Positions 25,501 to 38,302 of a DNA stretch of 64,000 nucleotides are shown in pieces; positions within the stretch are counted from its first letter, which is position 1, and each line of letters opens with the position of its first letter. Below the pieces are notes generated by a model. That model saw only the letters and a program-made list of their open reading frames with translations, made no database searches and had not been told where the DNA came from. The translations under genes were made by a program, and so were the position numbers. This stretch comes from Sphagnum compactum (Eukaryota): positions 310,001 through 374,000 of the forward strand of contig OZ234494.1 in NCBI GenBank assembly GCA_965153455.1. The letters are read 5' to 3'.

Positions 25501-27979
25501 TCAAATTTTCATACCAAATCCTAAACAGAACCCCTACTTGGATCAATCATTCTCCTGGGCAGCAAGGAATATAAGAGCCAACTATGAAATGTATAAATTG
25601 TAACCCCAGAGTTCAAGCACCTAAAAATCTAGATATTTGATCTTTTGACAATCACAGGATTGAACCTCCTTGACTTGGTGGAAAGTGAAGTTCCTTACTA
25701 GTCTGAATGGTGGTTTGTAATGCTATGCAAAGCAAACTGTGTAGGTTTACACTGACTTGTTGTCTCAGAGAATACCCAGACTTTAGCTTATGCTTATGAG
25801 CCTGTTTGACTGTCCTAATGTATTTTGCTTAAAGGCCTAGGGCATCTGCCTAATCCCTCAAAAACATGTGACTGTGGATAAGCCAATACGTGTTGTGCAA
25901 GAACTCATTGATGGTGCAAGCACTTTTTATACAGATCCAGTTGCCACAGGGGAGCAAATTTCAGCAATTCTCAGGGAGACATTTGATGTGAACCAACCAC
26001 AGCCCCTTCCATCAACCACACTTCAAATGGAAGTCCATCCACTTCCAGTTCCAAAACCAGTCCCCCTCTTTCAGGACCCTCTGCCATCAGCTGATTTTGC
26101 AGGTATCTTCCTCCCCTTAGTCTTCTCTACCTCATGTATATCGTCAAAGCACACATTTTACACAGCCATACTTCTGTCAGGCAAACTATAAGTTTTGTCA
26201 TGCTCCCAAATAAGCATTTGCCTCTAAGAAAAAGGTCACTCTCTGTAGTCCCAAAGGTTCACAAATTATGAATTTTCAATGTGTCGTCATATTGAGCTCC
26301 AGGGAGAGCAGGTATCTAATCTAAGCACTGGTTCAGGGTTTGCCCTTCTTTGTGGACCTATGAATAAAAACTGCAGATACTGATCTACTACTTTTAAATG
26401 TGCTCTACATGGTGGAGTTAAAGGGTGAATAATATTCACCTATGATTGAGGGGGTTGGTGCAGTAGGTTCAAAGAGCTCAAAAACTTTGGCATGGCATTT
26501 TGCATCAGATGCAGCTCCTGTTCCTTCTACACATAGTACTTCCACCAGGTACATTGTAGTGAATATTTGCTCTCACCCAAACTGTCATATTCATGTGATC
26601 TGCTTTATGATTCTGTATGATGTTCTTGTTGATAACTGGATATCTGCATAAGTAAAGATGCAGTCAATAGTTGGTGGTTGTTTCTGCTCCAACAATCCCC
26701 TGCCTCCCACTCATAGTGTCTTGAGACAGTAGGTCTTGTTTGTCTTTTCAGTTGCAAGACAGCCATTTTACCACTTCACTTGGCAAAGGGTTACATATCC
26801 TCCAGCATTTCACTTCTCTATGGGACTGGTTAACTATTGCCTTGTTCCCATCTTGCTGTTTTCTCACTGTGGTTATTTTGGGATGACCTAAATGTACCTG
26901 AATGTTACAGTGGAGGACAACAGGCAACACACTCAGCTACAGGGGCTAGCATGCCGGAAACCTCACTTTCAATGCGCTCCTTTGTCACTTCCCTTAATCG
27001 TAAGCCATAAACCCCCAAGATGAGACTTTAGAGTTTTGTACACAAGTGAGTGAGTGCCATAACATGAGTTTTTAAAGGTCAGGTTGAATTCACGTTGAAA
27101 TCAGGTTTTATTCACATTGAAAGTACATGTCCATTTACATTGTACATTCAGACAGCTCTTGACTGATATGTTGTAGAATATGTAACACAATTCTGGATGT
27201 GGCTTGCTTTGGCAGAGAAGGATGAGCACATGCCAAGTACAATGAAGGCTGAGTTATCAAGTTCCAAATCTCTAGGACTGGCAAAAGTAGGCATGATGAG
27301 GTCTGAATCATTTGCACCTGCCAAATCTGCCCCTCCTGTTTCTGGAAAGGCAAGTTTTCTGTCCTTCATGCCTTCGCTATGCAGGATACATACCCATGTG
27401 GTTCCATGTCCAAACACTGGTTTGCATGTTTCCTATAAATGTGGTATTGCTTACTCTACTCTAGCTTGCAGTGAAGCATTGATCTTGAAAATATCTCATA
27501 GAAATATGACTAGTGGTCATTCTCATTTGTCTTTGTGGTTGTCAAGGGCTTGGCATGCTCTTGCACATCCTTCCATTTCCAAAGCTGCTGCAAATATTTG
27601 TACTACTCACAGCACTGTTCATCATTCCTAAGGATCACATTCCTAGTCACAGCTTATAGGATTTTCAAGCAGTGCATACATTCAGAAACATTCTGGGTCA
27701 TGGTAAAATCTATTTCCTATCAGATCCAGATCCTGGTGGAACATGTACATTTTCAAAGATTGTGAGCAGTTCAGGATCATGCAACTCATCTTACTTTGTG
27801 GGCATCTTATGCTGTAGGACATTGCATTCACCCGCTCCATGACTATGCTCCCAAGTCAGCCACTCCCTGAAATGGAGTCCACAGAAGGTTCAAGGCCTGC
27901 TCCATCCCGTAGCAAAAGCTTGTTGCGCTCATTGCTTGGACGACAAAAGTCTTCATTAAAACCAACCACAAGTAATTAA
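22549..27979 (+). CDS. ABIL: ABI-like protein (SCAR/WAVE complex subunit), 9 exons, ~347 aa
   Basis: Exons 22549-22620, 24280-24362, 24613-24763, 25238-25337, 25935-26102, 26464-26548, 26911-26999, 27216-27349, 27818-27979 join in frame (1044 nt). Motifs [53 protein letters not shown] and C-terminal RSKSLLRSLL. Confidence 0.95.
22711..22726. repeat. (GT)n microsatellite in ABIL intron 1
   Basis: gtgtgtgtgtgtgtgt. Confidence 0.9.
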
Positions 27980-30846
27980 CAGGCTGAAAGGCTCTTCAGT
28001 TCAGCACTGACATCCCATTGTTACTGTAGAAACATTAAAGATGGCAACAGTCCACAACAGGGAAAGAGGGAGGTTGGTGTTGCTTGCCCTGTTTCTAGTT
28101 TCCTACCACCCCTTTACAGTCATACTATTGTCTCAAACCAAACAAAGAAAGCCTTTATCTATTCTAGACGCCTACTTTCTCATCTCTGGACCAGGAAGGC
28201 TAAGGCACTATGAGTTTGGACCAAAGAAGATTCAAATGGAAAGGTTGAGTTATGCAGAGTTCAACTACACTCCCAGAGAAAATTCCATTTATTTCTATTT
28301 TTTGAGGGGAAGTGTGGGGAGGGGCATTGTCAAGTGCAAACATCACCAAACATCGGGGAGAACAAAACACTACTTGCATGTATCTCCTACCACCCGTGAT
28401 ATCTGCACATACCATTGTTGCACTAGCTCTGTAATAACATTGTGCTGATGACTGCTACTCCACACATTATGTGCACACCATCATTGCTCCAATTTGAAGA
28501 AATTTGAAGGAAGATGCCAACAAACGAGGTCAAGGCCACTGTTCAAGGAGAGTTCAACAATGAGGTGAAAATAGTGTTTGAAGTAAAAAAGAGATTTTGA
28601 TTACAGAGATGAAAATAGGTTGGCTAGTTGTCAAATTGAAAGACCTGAAGTTGAGCTATATAATGACTTACACCAAGGCTCTATTGTGACAGCCTTAGGT
28701 GGTTGCCTAGCATTAAAGGCAGGAAAGGACCCGTTGCACTGTGAGGCAAGTTTATAGTAGTTAAGGCTTGAGCTTAGACTAATTTTTGCTGAAAACTCTC
28801 TTTTGAGAAAATCATTACAATAGTTACAAGTTATCATCCAATAGTTTGTTCGCAACTACTTACATCATTCATGGCATGGAACAACAATGCATCAGAACTT
28901 AAAGAGAATCCAATGCAAGAAACTATATCAGAAACTCTCAAGTTATCCAATTTTATATTGGGATATCTTACAGGATCTAAAGCGAAAAAGTAAGCAATGC
29001 ACTGCTCTCTGAATAGCATTTAAGGAACAAGGCAAAGAAATGCACAAGAATTATGTTTTGTACGATGTCAAAATTGAACTAATTCAAGTTGATGAAACAA
29101 ATTTTCCCTTTAAGAAAACCAAAGTACTCCCTTGGTTTGGGAGATTTAAAACCTCATTTTCTAGCAAAATCAGTTTGTTCAGAATCTAGCTCTACCAATT
29201 TGACATGTTTTCAGATAGGTTGGGTGTGACTTTAGGCAGCCATGCAAAGAACACTTGACTGAAATGGTTCTTCAGAATGCCATGCAAAGACTGAAATCAG
29301 ACCTCAGTCGGCAGTTTAGCTATCCACTCTCAGTTGAAAGGTATTCATCCTGGGATGAGGAATTACCGTCTTGATCACATTTCAGCTAGATGGTCATAAT
29401 TGATGTCAAGGATTGAATTGCTACACATGAGCTTTTGAATATGAAGATTAGAAAGATGTGAGTATTTGCAGACAAGAACATGCAACTTGCAAGATTGAAA
29501 CTACCATAAAAGCAGATGAGGGAGGGGTTCCAAGCATATTACTATGTTCCATGGTAGGCATTTTCAAGGTTTGATGGTTTGGTGTGTATATTTACAGAAG
29601 CTTATAGCAGATGGGAGAAGTCTATGAGGATGTCCACTATAATCAGTACAGTTTTGTTCGCAAAGATTTTGCACAAATATATCACAAACATACAGAATAG
29701 ACAGTAAAAATTTTCAGTGGATGAGTCTTCCAATTTCTACATGCAATTGCACAACTTATATTAATGACTGGTAAATTCTTAAGGAACTCTGCATAAGATC
29801 ACACTGTGTTATTATACTGAGCTCATTGAAATGCTCGAGGGGAGCAAGGTGATGAGTTAGTGATCAATTTATGATCCCTCAAGGAGAGGGATTGGAGGAA
29901 GATCTGTGTTGTGTTACAAGTCTTGACATCCCCCTTCACATGATGTCTTCATATGAACTTTGTTTGCAAAATCCTTACTCCACCACCTCAAACTACATCC
30001 TTGCCCCAAATGAGCTTGGTGTAAGCTGCACACATCTGTGCCATGATTCCTCAATAAGTTCAGATCAAGACCTCAAGACTTAGGAGCAATCAGCTGCAAG
30101 GACTACAAAGCATTCTCTAATCATAATATTGTAAGATTAATTTTGCCATCAACAACAACAGACCATGCAACCAGAACACATATCTCATCACATGGAAACA
30201 ACAAATTGCATTTATTGAATATAGCAGGATTGAGCCTCATAGTTGCTACAGGCACAAACTGCACACAAACACAGAAAGAGAACATGACCCATGTTTCATG
30301 GCATTTCTTTGCTGGAAAATAAATTTAGATTGTCAGTGCATTTGTGGACATGCACTAGTACTGTCGAAATTTCGACTTAGGATTCCGTGTACTAGGAAGT
30401 AGCACGACTGATCATACAGTACTGCTACTGCGAAGCCGAGCTCTTCATATCTGAGACCTGCATGAGAAATGAGTCCAACTTGGTGAGACATGTCCAAAGG
30501 AAATGTTCTTAAATGAAGCTTGCCGAGAGCAGAACTTTGCAGCTGGAACTTCCGGCATGTGAGACTGTAAGAACTCTAGAAAGTTAGAACAAAATCTCCA
30601 CTGGTTGTCTCGATGCAAACATTCCGAGTCAGTCCTGGAAAGGAAAACATCAAAATCAACTATTTTGTGAGAAGATGTTCGCCTACTGCAGTCGTATGTG
30701 AGACAAAAAGAAGGATGTAAGAGCTAGAGTTACACAGACAGTTTCACGGAATAGCTTCCAAATCCTTCCACGGCATCACAGACTTGAATCACAGACCCAA
30801 CAACACCTTGGAGAGAATGGACGTCTAGTGTAGTCGTACCTGAAGG

Positions 30847-31176
30847 CTAATGGAACTCGTTACCGTTGACGCTCACAACGATACCACTGCCATCCCCAGC
30901 GAAATCCGGCACCACCACAACGACGTCGCCATCACTCACATTGACAGTTATGTTTTTCCCATCAGCACCTTTCACGACAATAGCTTGATGATTCTTGCCC
31001 TCCACTTTGACATGGACGTCGGTGACACCAACGGAGTATTTTTTGCCGTCCACGTAAAACACCACTGGAGAGCCACCGGAAATGTTGACCACCGTTGCAT
31101 CAGCTTCAGCTTGCACCACAAGTGCAGCAATCAGAAGACTGATCAAAAACACACACTTGAGTCCGAGGCCAGCCAT
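30847..31176 (-). CDS. Small secreted beta-strand-rich protein of unknown function (109 aa)
   Basis: ATG 31176 to TAG 30847; signal-peptide-like MAGLGLKCVFLISLLIAALVVQAEA (AxA cleavage site); CG-retaining coding-like composition; TATA-like AATATAAG at ~31285-31292 on the minus strand. Confidence 0.85.
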   Translation of the reverse strand: MAGLGLKCVFLISLLIAALVVQAEADATVVNISGGSPVVFYVDGKKYSVGVTDVHVKVEGKNHQAIVVKGADGKNITVNVSDGDVVVVVPDFAGDGSGIVVSVNGNEFH

Positions 31177-32084
31177 TTTGGTTGGTTCACTGCGAGGCAC
31201 AATCAAATAACACTCTCCTCGATTACAAGAGCTTCCACTATTTTTAAGGACCAGGAAGCTGTCGAACTTGGCAATGGGTAACAGCTTATATTTCAGGGAC
31301 TAATACAGCAACGAAGTTGCGAAGTTCGAATCTCTCACTGGAGAGAGAAGAGAAAGGGAATAAGTGAACCTTGGCGACAAGTGGGACATGAGTACTAGCT
31401 CTGAAGTTTACAGAAAGACAGGCATTGAATTTGGACATAAATGACATTAGTGTAACAAGGACAAAACATCATTAAAGTGATCGGACACAAGCCGAGAATG
31501 TCAACAAACTGAGAAATCGGTGGCTCTGGCACAACAAACATGCAGGAGCAATGAGTTATGAGTGGACAAGGATTCTGAGTAAATGCAAGGCGACACATGA
31601 CATTGATACTACAACCACCCAACTACCTACTTGTAAATCTGGAGCTCTGCGATTAGCTAAGTTAGCTGCGCCTCTCGGCACACTCTAGTCTGTACTACGT
31701 ATGCACTGTAATTGTTGTTGGAATCGCGATTTGCAACGCTAGAAAAAACCGTTGTGGCAGAGCAGCGGAAAGGCAGCGTAATTGCAGTCGGTTACTAGGA
31801 CCCACATCAGTAATTATGAAGATGCACCACTCTTACCAAACACTTCATCATGATCTCATAATAAACGATTGACGAAATTGTGCAACGAAATGCCTGTGAC
31901 AACATGAGGAGTCAGGACATGTGGTGCTGCTGCTGCTACGGCTGCTGCTGAGTGCTGGATCAATCAACAAAATATGAGAGTTCCCCAAGTGTCGTCCAAT
32001 CTGAGTAAACCAGCTCTTCTAGAAATGCGCCCACTTCTTGTTGCTGGAATTGATTCGGTTGTTTCGATTATTGGCGTCAGGTAT

Positions 32085-33131
32085 CAGTGCAAGGTTTGCT
32101 TTTTGCAATTTTGTAATGCATCCAGACGTCTGGCGATCTTCCTTCCAGAAGAGGAATTGTTGGCCAAATTTGGCTACAGTTCAGAGAGGAAAGTAGAAAA
32201 TTTTAAGAATCATGTAGAGTAACCCACTTTTATAATCACACCCATTTTAGTCACATTCTTGTTTGTGTCATTTTTATTTATTTTATTATTTTAGGGTAAC
32301 CATCCGTTTTAGCAGGAACATCATTCTTTAAAGTCACTATCACATATTTTTAAAGTCATTATCACATTTGATAGCAGCACAAAATATTTGCAAAGCTTTC
32401 TTTTTTTTAAAAATCATTATAATGAGAGAAATCTAGGACAAATATTAGGTTTTGTAAATTGTACCCTAAATGACAATGTTATGGTTGGTTTGTGTTGAAG
32501 TTGTGCAAACTAATAACAATGAATCCAATTGAAAAAAAAACAACAACAACAACTTTCTAGTTGAACAAGCAAAAAAAATTTATGTGAAGTCAAGAAAGCA
32601 AGAAAATTTACTTTAAAAAATCTATTTGACAAAATACACAAGCTAATAGTTAAAGAGCTCAAACTCAATATAAATGATCACATTAAAACATACAGAAATC
32701 ATAACCTTTTTCAAGTCTAATAATGCATACTAAAGCTTAGAATAACCCATGTAAGAAATTTTAAAAATTGACACCTTTATTCTAGCATAAAGGATTGTTT
32801 TGCAAAGTTTTTTCTTTCCTTATAATCACAATCTTATAAGGGTTTATATGGAATGTGACTATACACATTTAAATCATAATTCATTAGTGTCACAAAAAAA
32901 AAGTGATCACCAAGGGCCTGATTATAAAACGGGTTTACTGTATATTTTTGCTGGCAAGCTGTCTGAACCCATTGTCTAAAGATGACAATTTCAGAATTGT
33001 TTTCCTCTAAATCTCGTGACTTTGTTGCATTATTTTTCACTAAAATCCTTTGTATGTGTTGCAACAGATTTTTTTTGGGGTCACCAAATGTTGAAATTTC
33101 TCCCCCCCCCCCCCCCCCCCAAAGAACCTGG
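32085..33131. mobile_element. Non-autonomous dispersed repeat split by a nested mariner-type MITE
   Basis: Halves 32085-32216 and 32941-33131 rejoin across TA; related by reverse complement to 45713-45960. Confidence 0.65.
32217..32940. mobile_element. Tc1/mariner (pogo/Stowaway-type) non-autonomous element, 724 bp
   Basis: 22-bp TIR CAGTAAACCCGTTTTATAATCA (18/22 identical); TA TSD at 32215-32216 and 32941-32942. Confidence 0.88.
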
Positions 33132-34475
33132 TATTGATTATTTGAACCAACTGTCAAAGTTGTTATGTGTTAATGCTTTTTCCAGGTGATGTAAAATTGG
33201 TCTGGGAAATTCCTAGTGTATTTGGAAGCTACCTTATATTTGTGAAGCTACCCCCTAGAAAATAAGAGGGAATGTAGACCTCCTATTTAGGAGGCAAAGG
33301 CACTTGTGCCAATAATCCTGAGCAGCAATTTTTTTGAACAAAAATTTGCAATTTATCAACTTGAATATTGGGCTGGTGAATAATGAAGGGATTTTTATTT
33401 TTCCAAATTCTTTTATATTTGCAAAAATCTCATCAAATAGGTTTCAGCATTGCCCTGATGTAAAGAACAACCGCTCACATATTGCCTCCTCGCTACCAAG
33501 GGAAAATCCTTATTCACACAGGTTGTAACTGCTTTTGACATAGATTATTAGATCATAACCCTAATGGCCGTTCATTTCATAACCCTAACCCTTCCCTCAA
33601 ACCTGTTTTCACCAAACCCTCCCCTTTAAAACCCATTTTCACTTGTTGATGTGCAAGTCTCCAAGCTTCAAACTACAAGTGTTCAAGCTTTAAAGAATTA
33701 AAACCAACGCAAACTTTAACAAGGGTTCAAAGTTGCGCTTGTTTTTTAACGCATTTAGAGTTGTTGGTGTGCACTCCAACAAGCTTTCAAAGTGGCACTT
33801 GTCCTTAACGCATTTAAAGTTATTGATAGTTATAGATTGCTAGTAGGTGAGCAGGTGGTGTGGTGGTTCAACATTCAAACTTCAAGTGACAAGAATATTA
33901 CCAATAAGCTAAGTTCTTGAATCCTAAACCATTTAAGGTTCAAGCGGCTTGAATCTTTTATATGTTTAAATCTTGAATAGTTGATTCAAGGTTATGATTC
34001 AAGGTTTTGTATTTTTCTTGCAATTTGTAAGTTTCTTAAAAGTTGTAATCATGATTCATTATTCAATCTCAAACTTTGGTGCTCAACAATTCACTATTTG
34101 CTCAATGTTCACCTTATTGCTTAATATCTTATCTCAATGTTCATGTTTATTTATGTGTGCAATGTCGACTCCTGAGTCTTGACTTTTAAATCAATGAGTT
34201 TCATTGCTCAAGCTTTATATTGAACATTGAACTTATGTGTGTAGTGTTGAATCTTGCATTGATCATTTGATGTTCATCATTTGTTTGTCCGTTTATTCAT
34301 CATTCATCATTTAACACTTGCTTAACAATTAATTGCGTATTCATTTTGAAATTCAAAGTTTGAATTTCAATGTGTTTTTCAAAATTGATTGTTCACTTCT
34401 AAATATGGGTCCTTTTTTTACATTCAAGACTCAAGAATCAATGATCTAAATTTTTGGTTTGCGCTTTGTATAGGG

Positions 34476-34680
34476 CCAAGCTCCTAGTTTAAATTGCTTG
34501 TTTAATGTTGCAAGCACTCATGACACCAAGATCCTGGTTTGAATTTTATATATGATGTTGTAAGGACACATCGCACCAAACACCTAGGTTGGATTTATTG
34601 TATGAAATTGTAAACACCCACAACACCAAGCTCCTAGTCTAGATTTGTTATATGAAGCTACAAGCATACATAACACCAAT
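34476..34680. repeat. 50-bp-period minisatellite (4 copies, with more degenerate copies to ~34890) upstream of the second hAT transposase
   Basis: ccaa at 34476, 34526, 34576, 34626, 34676; unit ~CCAAGCTCCTRGTTTGRATTTRTTRTATGAWRTTGTAARCACHCATRACA. Confidence 0.85.
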
Positions 34681-35199
34681 GAGTCATGATTTGAAACTTT
34701 TAAGCTTTTGGTTTGAACTTTTTTTTTTTAATGTGAAATTATAAGGTTAAACTTTTCACCTATTGGTGAATTTCAAATTTTTTGTAATGACATGAAACCT
34801 TTAAGGATAAGCTCTTCAACCTTTTGGTTTGGATTTCTTCTATGAAATTGTAAATACGTAATGCACACATTTTTTGTTTGAAATTTTATAGAATCACAAA
34901 CTACATTGAAGCACTACCATGTGCACTATTTCATTTTGTAAATTTACATTGGAGGTGAACCTTTTATATTAATCCTCATGAATTTTCATTTTTGAATCAA
35001 TTTTGTTGCTTGAACATTGAAATTTGAAACAATCTACATTTTTGGTTTCAATCATATATCCATAGTCCAATTTGATAACTATTCCACTTTAGAATTTTAA
35101 AATAATTCTTAAATTGTTTGAACCCTCTGAAAATTGTAACCCTATTGCTATTGAAAATGTGTGTGCTTCTAATCCCAAAAAACAAAAAAAGACCTTTGA

Positions 35200-37196
35200 T
35201 ATTGATATGAATCGAAAGTTTCAAAATGTTTAGGTTTTGAAAATGCCTTGGGTAGAACCTCTTTTCAATGAATTAACTTAGTTATATTTTTCAAATGTCA
35301 TGTTTATTTTAAAATTGAAAAGAAAAAAAAGATTTTGGTGGCTAAATAGGATTCCATCAAAAAACATGGAAGTGAAAAGGAAAGTTATTAATGGCAAGTG
35401 GTTTATTGATCTAAGATCTAAACATGCAAAAAATGAAATTGCTTATGCTCAACTATTGTCAACAATTATCCTGTAATAACTTAATCTTGGTCAAGTAATG
35501 GAAAACAAGCAAAAAGGTTCAATTTGCCACTATTTTCAACCTTTTGAATAAAGGTAAAACAATGATAGATTATGAGGATTTTTCACCTTTGTTTAAGCTT
35601 TAAGACTTTGATATGTCCCCAAAAACATTGGTTTAAGGGGGTTAGTTGGCAAATGGAAAAAACATATAAACCATGAGGAAAGAAAAACAACTAAATTCAT
35701 TATTAATAATGCCAAGTTTGTATCTCTTACTTGTGATGAAGTCACATCCATGGATAATACAAGTTGGGCAATGCAAATGGTTGTGTTGTGTAAGATTGGT
35801 GTTGAATACCCTTGTTGTTGTATGTCCAACAACTGTTTAACGGATTTGGAATCAACATTTAATTTTATTGATCATCATGAATTTTTTGATGACACAAGGG
35901 GGTTTGAAGGAAAAGGAGCTTGCTTCAAGGTTGGTTTGTTTTGGTGTTAATGGGGTCAATGCCTTCCAAGGCCTTAGATCTATAATTATAGTTCAAATTC
36001 AACATGGATACATTCCTTTTGTCATTGGTGTGCATTGTATGGCTCATTAGTCAAACTTAGGAATACAAACCTTTTCAAATTTACCTTTGGTTTTTCACAT
36101 TGAAAGTCTTTTGTATTGTATTTATGCCTATTTCAACCATAGTCCCAATAAACATTTGGAATTACCAAATTGATAAAAACCATGGAAACAAAGGGCAACA
36201 AAACATTATGAAACATCAAAACTAATTGGATATCCATGATCAATTTCATCAAACATGTGTTATTTGAATATTACACTTTCTCATGAAAATGACATTAAAT
36301 GTACCCACAATAGCCTTTGCCAAATTTAACTTGTGTCTATTGACTGATGTTGAAATGTTCTTACGGTTGACAATTATTATGCCACTATTAGAGACAGTGC
36401 ATTCTTTTAACAAATTTGCATAATTGTGCAACATGTGTTTGTGTGTGAATTTATTACAATAGTCAAGATTTGTGAAGGTGGTGTATTGGATGTATTATGG
36501 CATCCATTCCTCTTTCCAAGGTGATGTGTTCATGAATTTTCAAGCCTTGATCAATTATGCTCATAAGAGTATAAATCTTCATTAGATTATTGATCTAAAC
36601 ACAAAAACAAATCATTTGGCATTTGAATTTGTTGAGCAACATATTTGGGTCACATTTGTCGATTACATGGGAGCATTTGGTTTTGTTACAAAACTTGTAT
36701 ATGCAAAAATGGTGGCATTTGTGAAAAAAAAATGTGAAAAATATCTAGTAGTTCTCAAAAATGCCCTTTGCTAACCTCACAAATACATAAGGCCTGATGA
36801 ATTTTGGGTTCCAAGATTGTTTTCAACCATAATGTTTTACTTATATTGATTTTTTTGTCATTACTATGATAAATAATTCAAAGTTGGCAAAACAAAAACC
36901 TTTTGATGTAAAACCACTTACCAAACTATGAAAAAAAATTCCTCATCACAAATTCTTGTATAAAAAACCTTCATTACATCAAGTTGGTTAAACTTGTACA
37001 AGTTATTGGCTCAAATAAGGATGAACATTGTTTTTATATGTTAACATTCGTGAAGACTAAACTATGGAACAAGTTTAAAACCCATTTGGAGAAAAGTCAT
37101 TTGAATGTTTGGCCATTAGTCTTTCACCTTGCAAGATTTTCATTATGGAGTGCAATTCAGAGTTGGAAAGATAATACAACTCAATATGGAATTTGA
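35200..37196 (+). pseudogene. Decayed hAT transposase (ZNF862-like subgroup); element spans roughly 33560-37690
   Basis: Fragments RKFQ..KMPW, VPKNIG/KHW region, SLTCDEVTSMDN (catalytic D), CFGVNGVNAFQG, GVHCMAH* (CxxH), YFNHSP, VQVIGSNKDEHCF...KTKLWN; many stops and frameshifts. Confidence 0.88.
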
Positions 37197-38280
37197 AGGC
37201 CACCCAAGTTTCACATTTTTCTCCTTTGTATCATGAGTCTTGATTCCTTAAGCTTTAACTTTTTTTTCTTTTTTTTCTTTACAATATGATTAGATATTGG
37301 AATGCTTGGAAAGTTGGATGTTTGGTTTACATGTTGCAACTTGCTTCACCTATGTGTTGCCTCACAAATTTTTTGATTTGGTAGGTTCCTTAACCTTGTT
37401 ATAAAGATTTATCAAGTTTTTTTTATTGAAAACTCTTCTATTCAATGGCTCACTATTATGAATCTATAACATTATTTTGGGTATGAATTTTGAACCATGG
37501 ATGATGGCAATGAACATATGGCTTTCAATTAACTAATTTTTGATGGTTGTTACAACTTGAGTTTTGATGGTGTCAAAATAAATGGGCTATCTTTTGTTTC
37601 CATGATTCATGTCTTTTGGGATAAGCTAAACCTTCACCCAACCCCCTTTTGGGCCTTCTAAAATTATGATTTATTTTTCATAACGAACATGCAAGACAAA
37701 AGTTTTCTTTTGTGTATTAGGTTTTATGTTATAATGGGCAAGGTCTTTATGGGTTGGGGTTCAATTCCCCAATATAATTATGTCATCACAAATTGAAAAC
37801 ACAAAACCTGCATAAGACTCACTAAAAATTAAAAGCTTGTAGCTCCAAAACCTACTTCAAAAATTCTCCTTTCACAAAGTAAGATCAATAAAATGATTTC
37901 CCAAATTGTTTGAAAATTTACACATTTCCTTGTCATTTATTTTCACAGTTCAACATCTATAAATCTATGTAACAATTATCACTCATAAAGAGGCTGCCAT
38001 GTAAACAACTCAGCTAAAATTTTTAAAAAATGAAAAAAAACAACAACATTGCTCCTGAGTTTAAGGTTCCTCAGGAGTATGGGCATACAAGGTCCTTCCC
38101 ACTACTAGTGTTGCCTTGTGATGTGTGCATATTTAGGCTTTGTGAGAAGGTTTGCCTAATGCTTCCAATTTTCACATGGACAAAATGAATAACTAATTTT
38201 TGTAAGTAATATTAATTCGTATTTATGAATTTGAAATAAGTTTTTTTTTTCACACCTCAACTTCATATTTTCATGAATTT

Positions 38281-38302
38281 TATTATTATTATTATTATTA
38301 TT
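38281..38302. repeat. (TAT)n microsatellite
   Basis: tattattattattattattatt. Confidence 0.85.

Noticed and set aside
30850..31281. 143-aa plus-strand ORF
   Set aside because: Antisense shadow of the secreted-protein CDS
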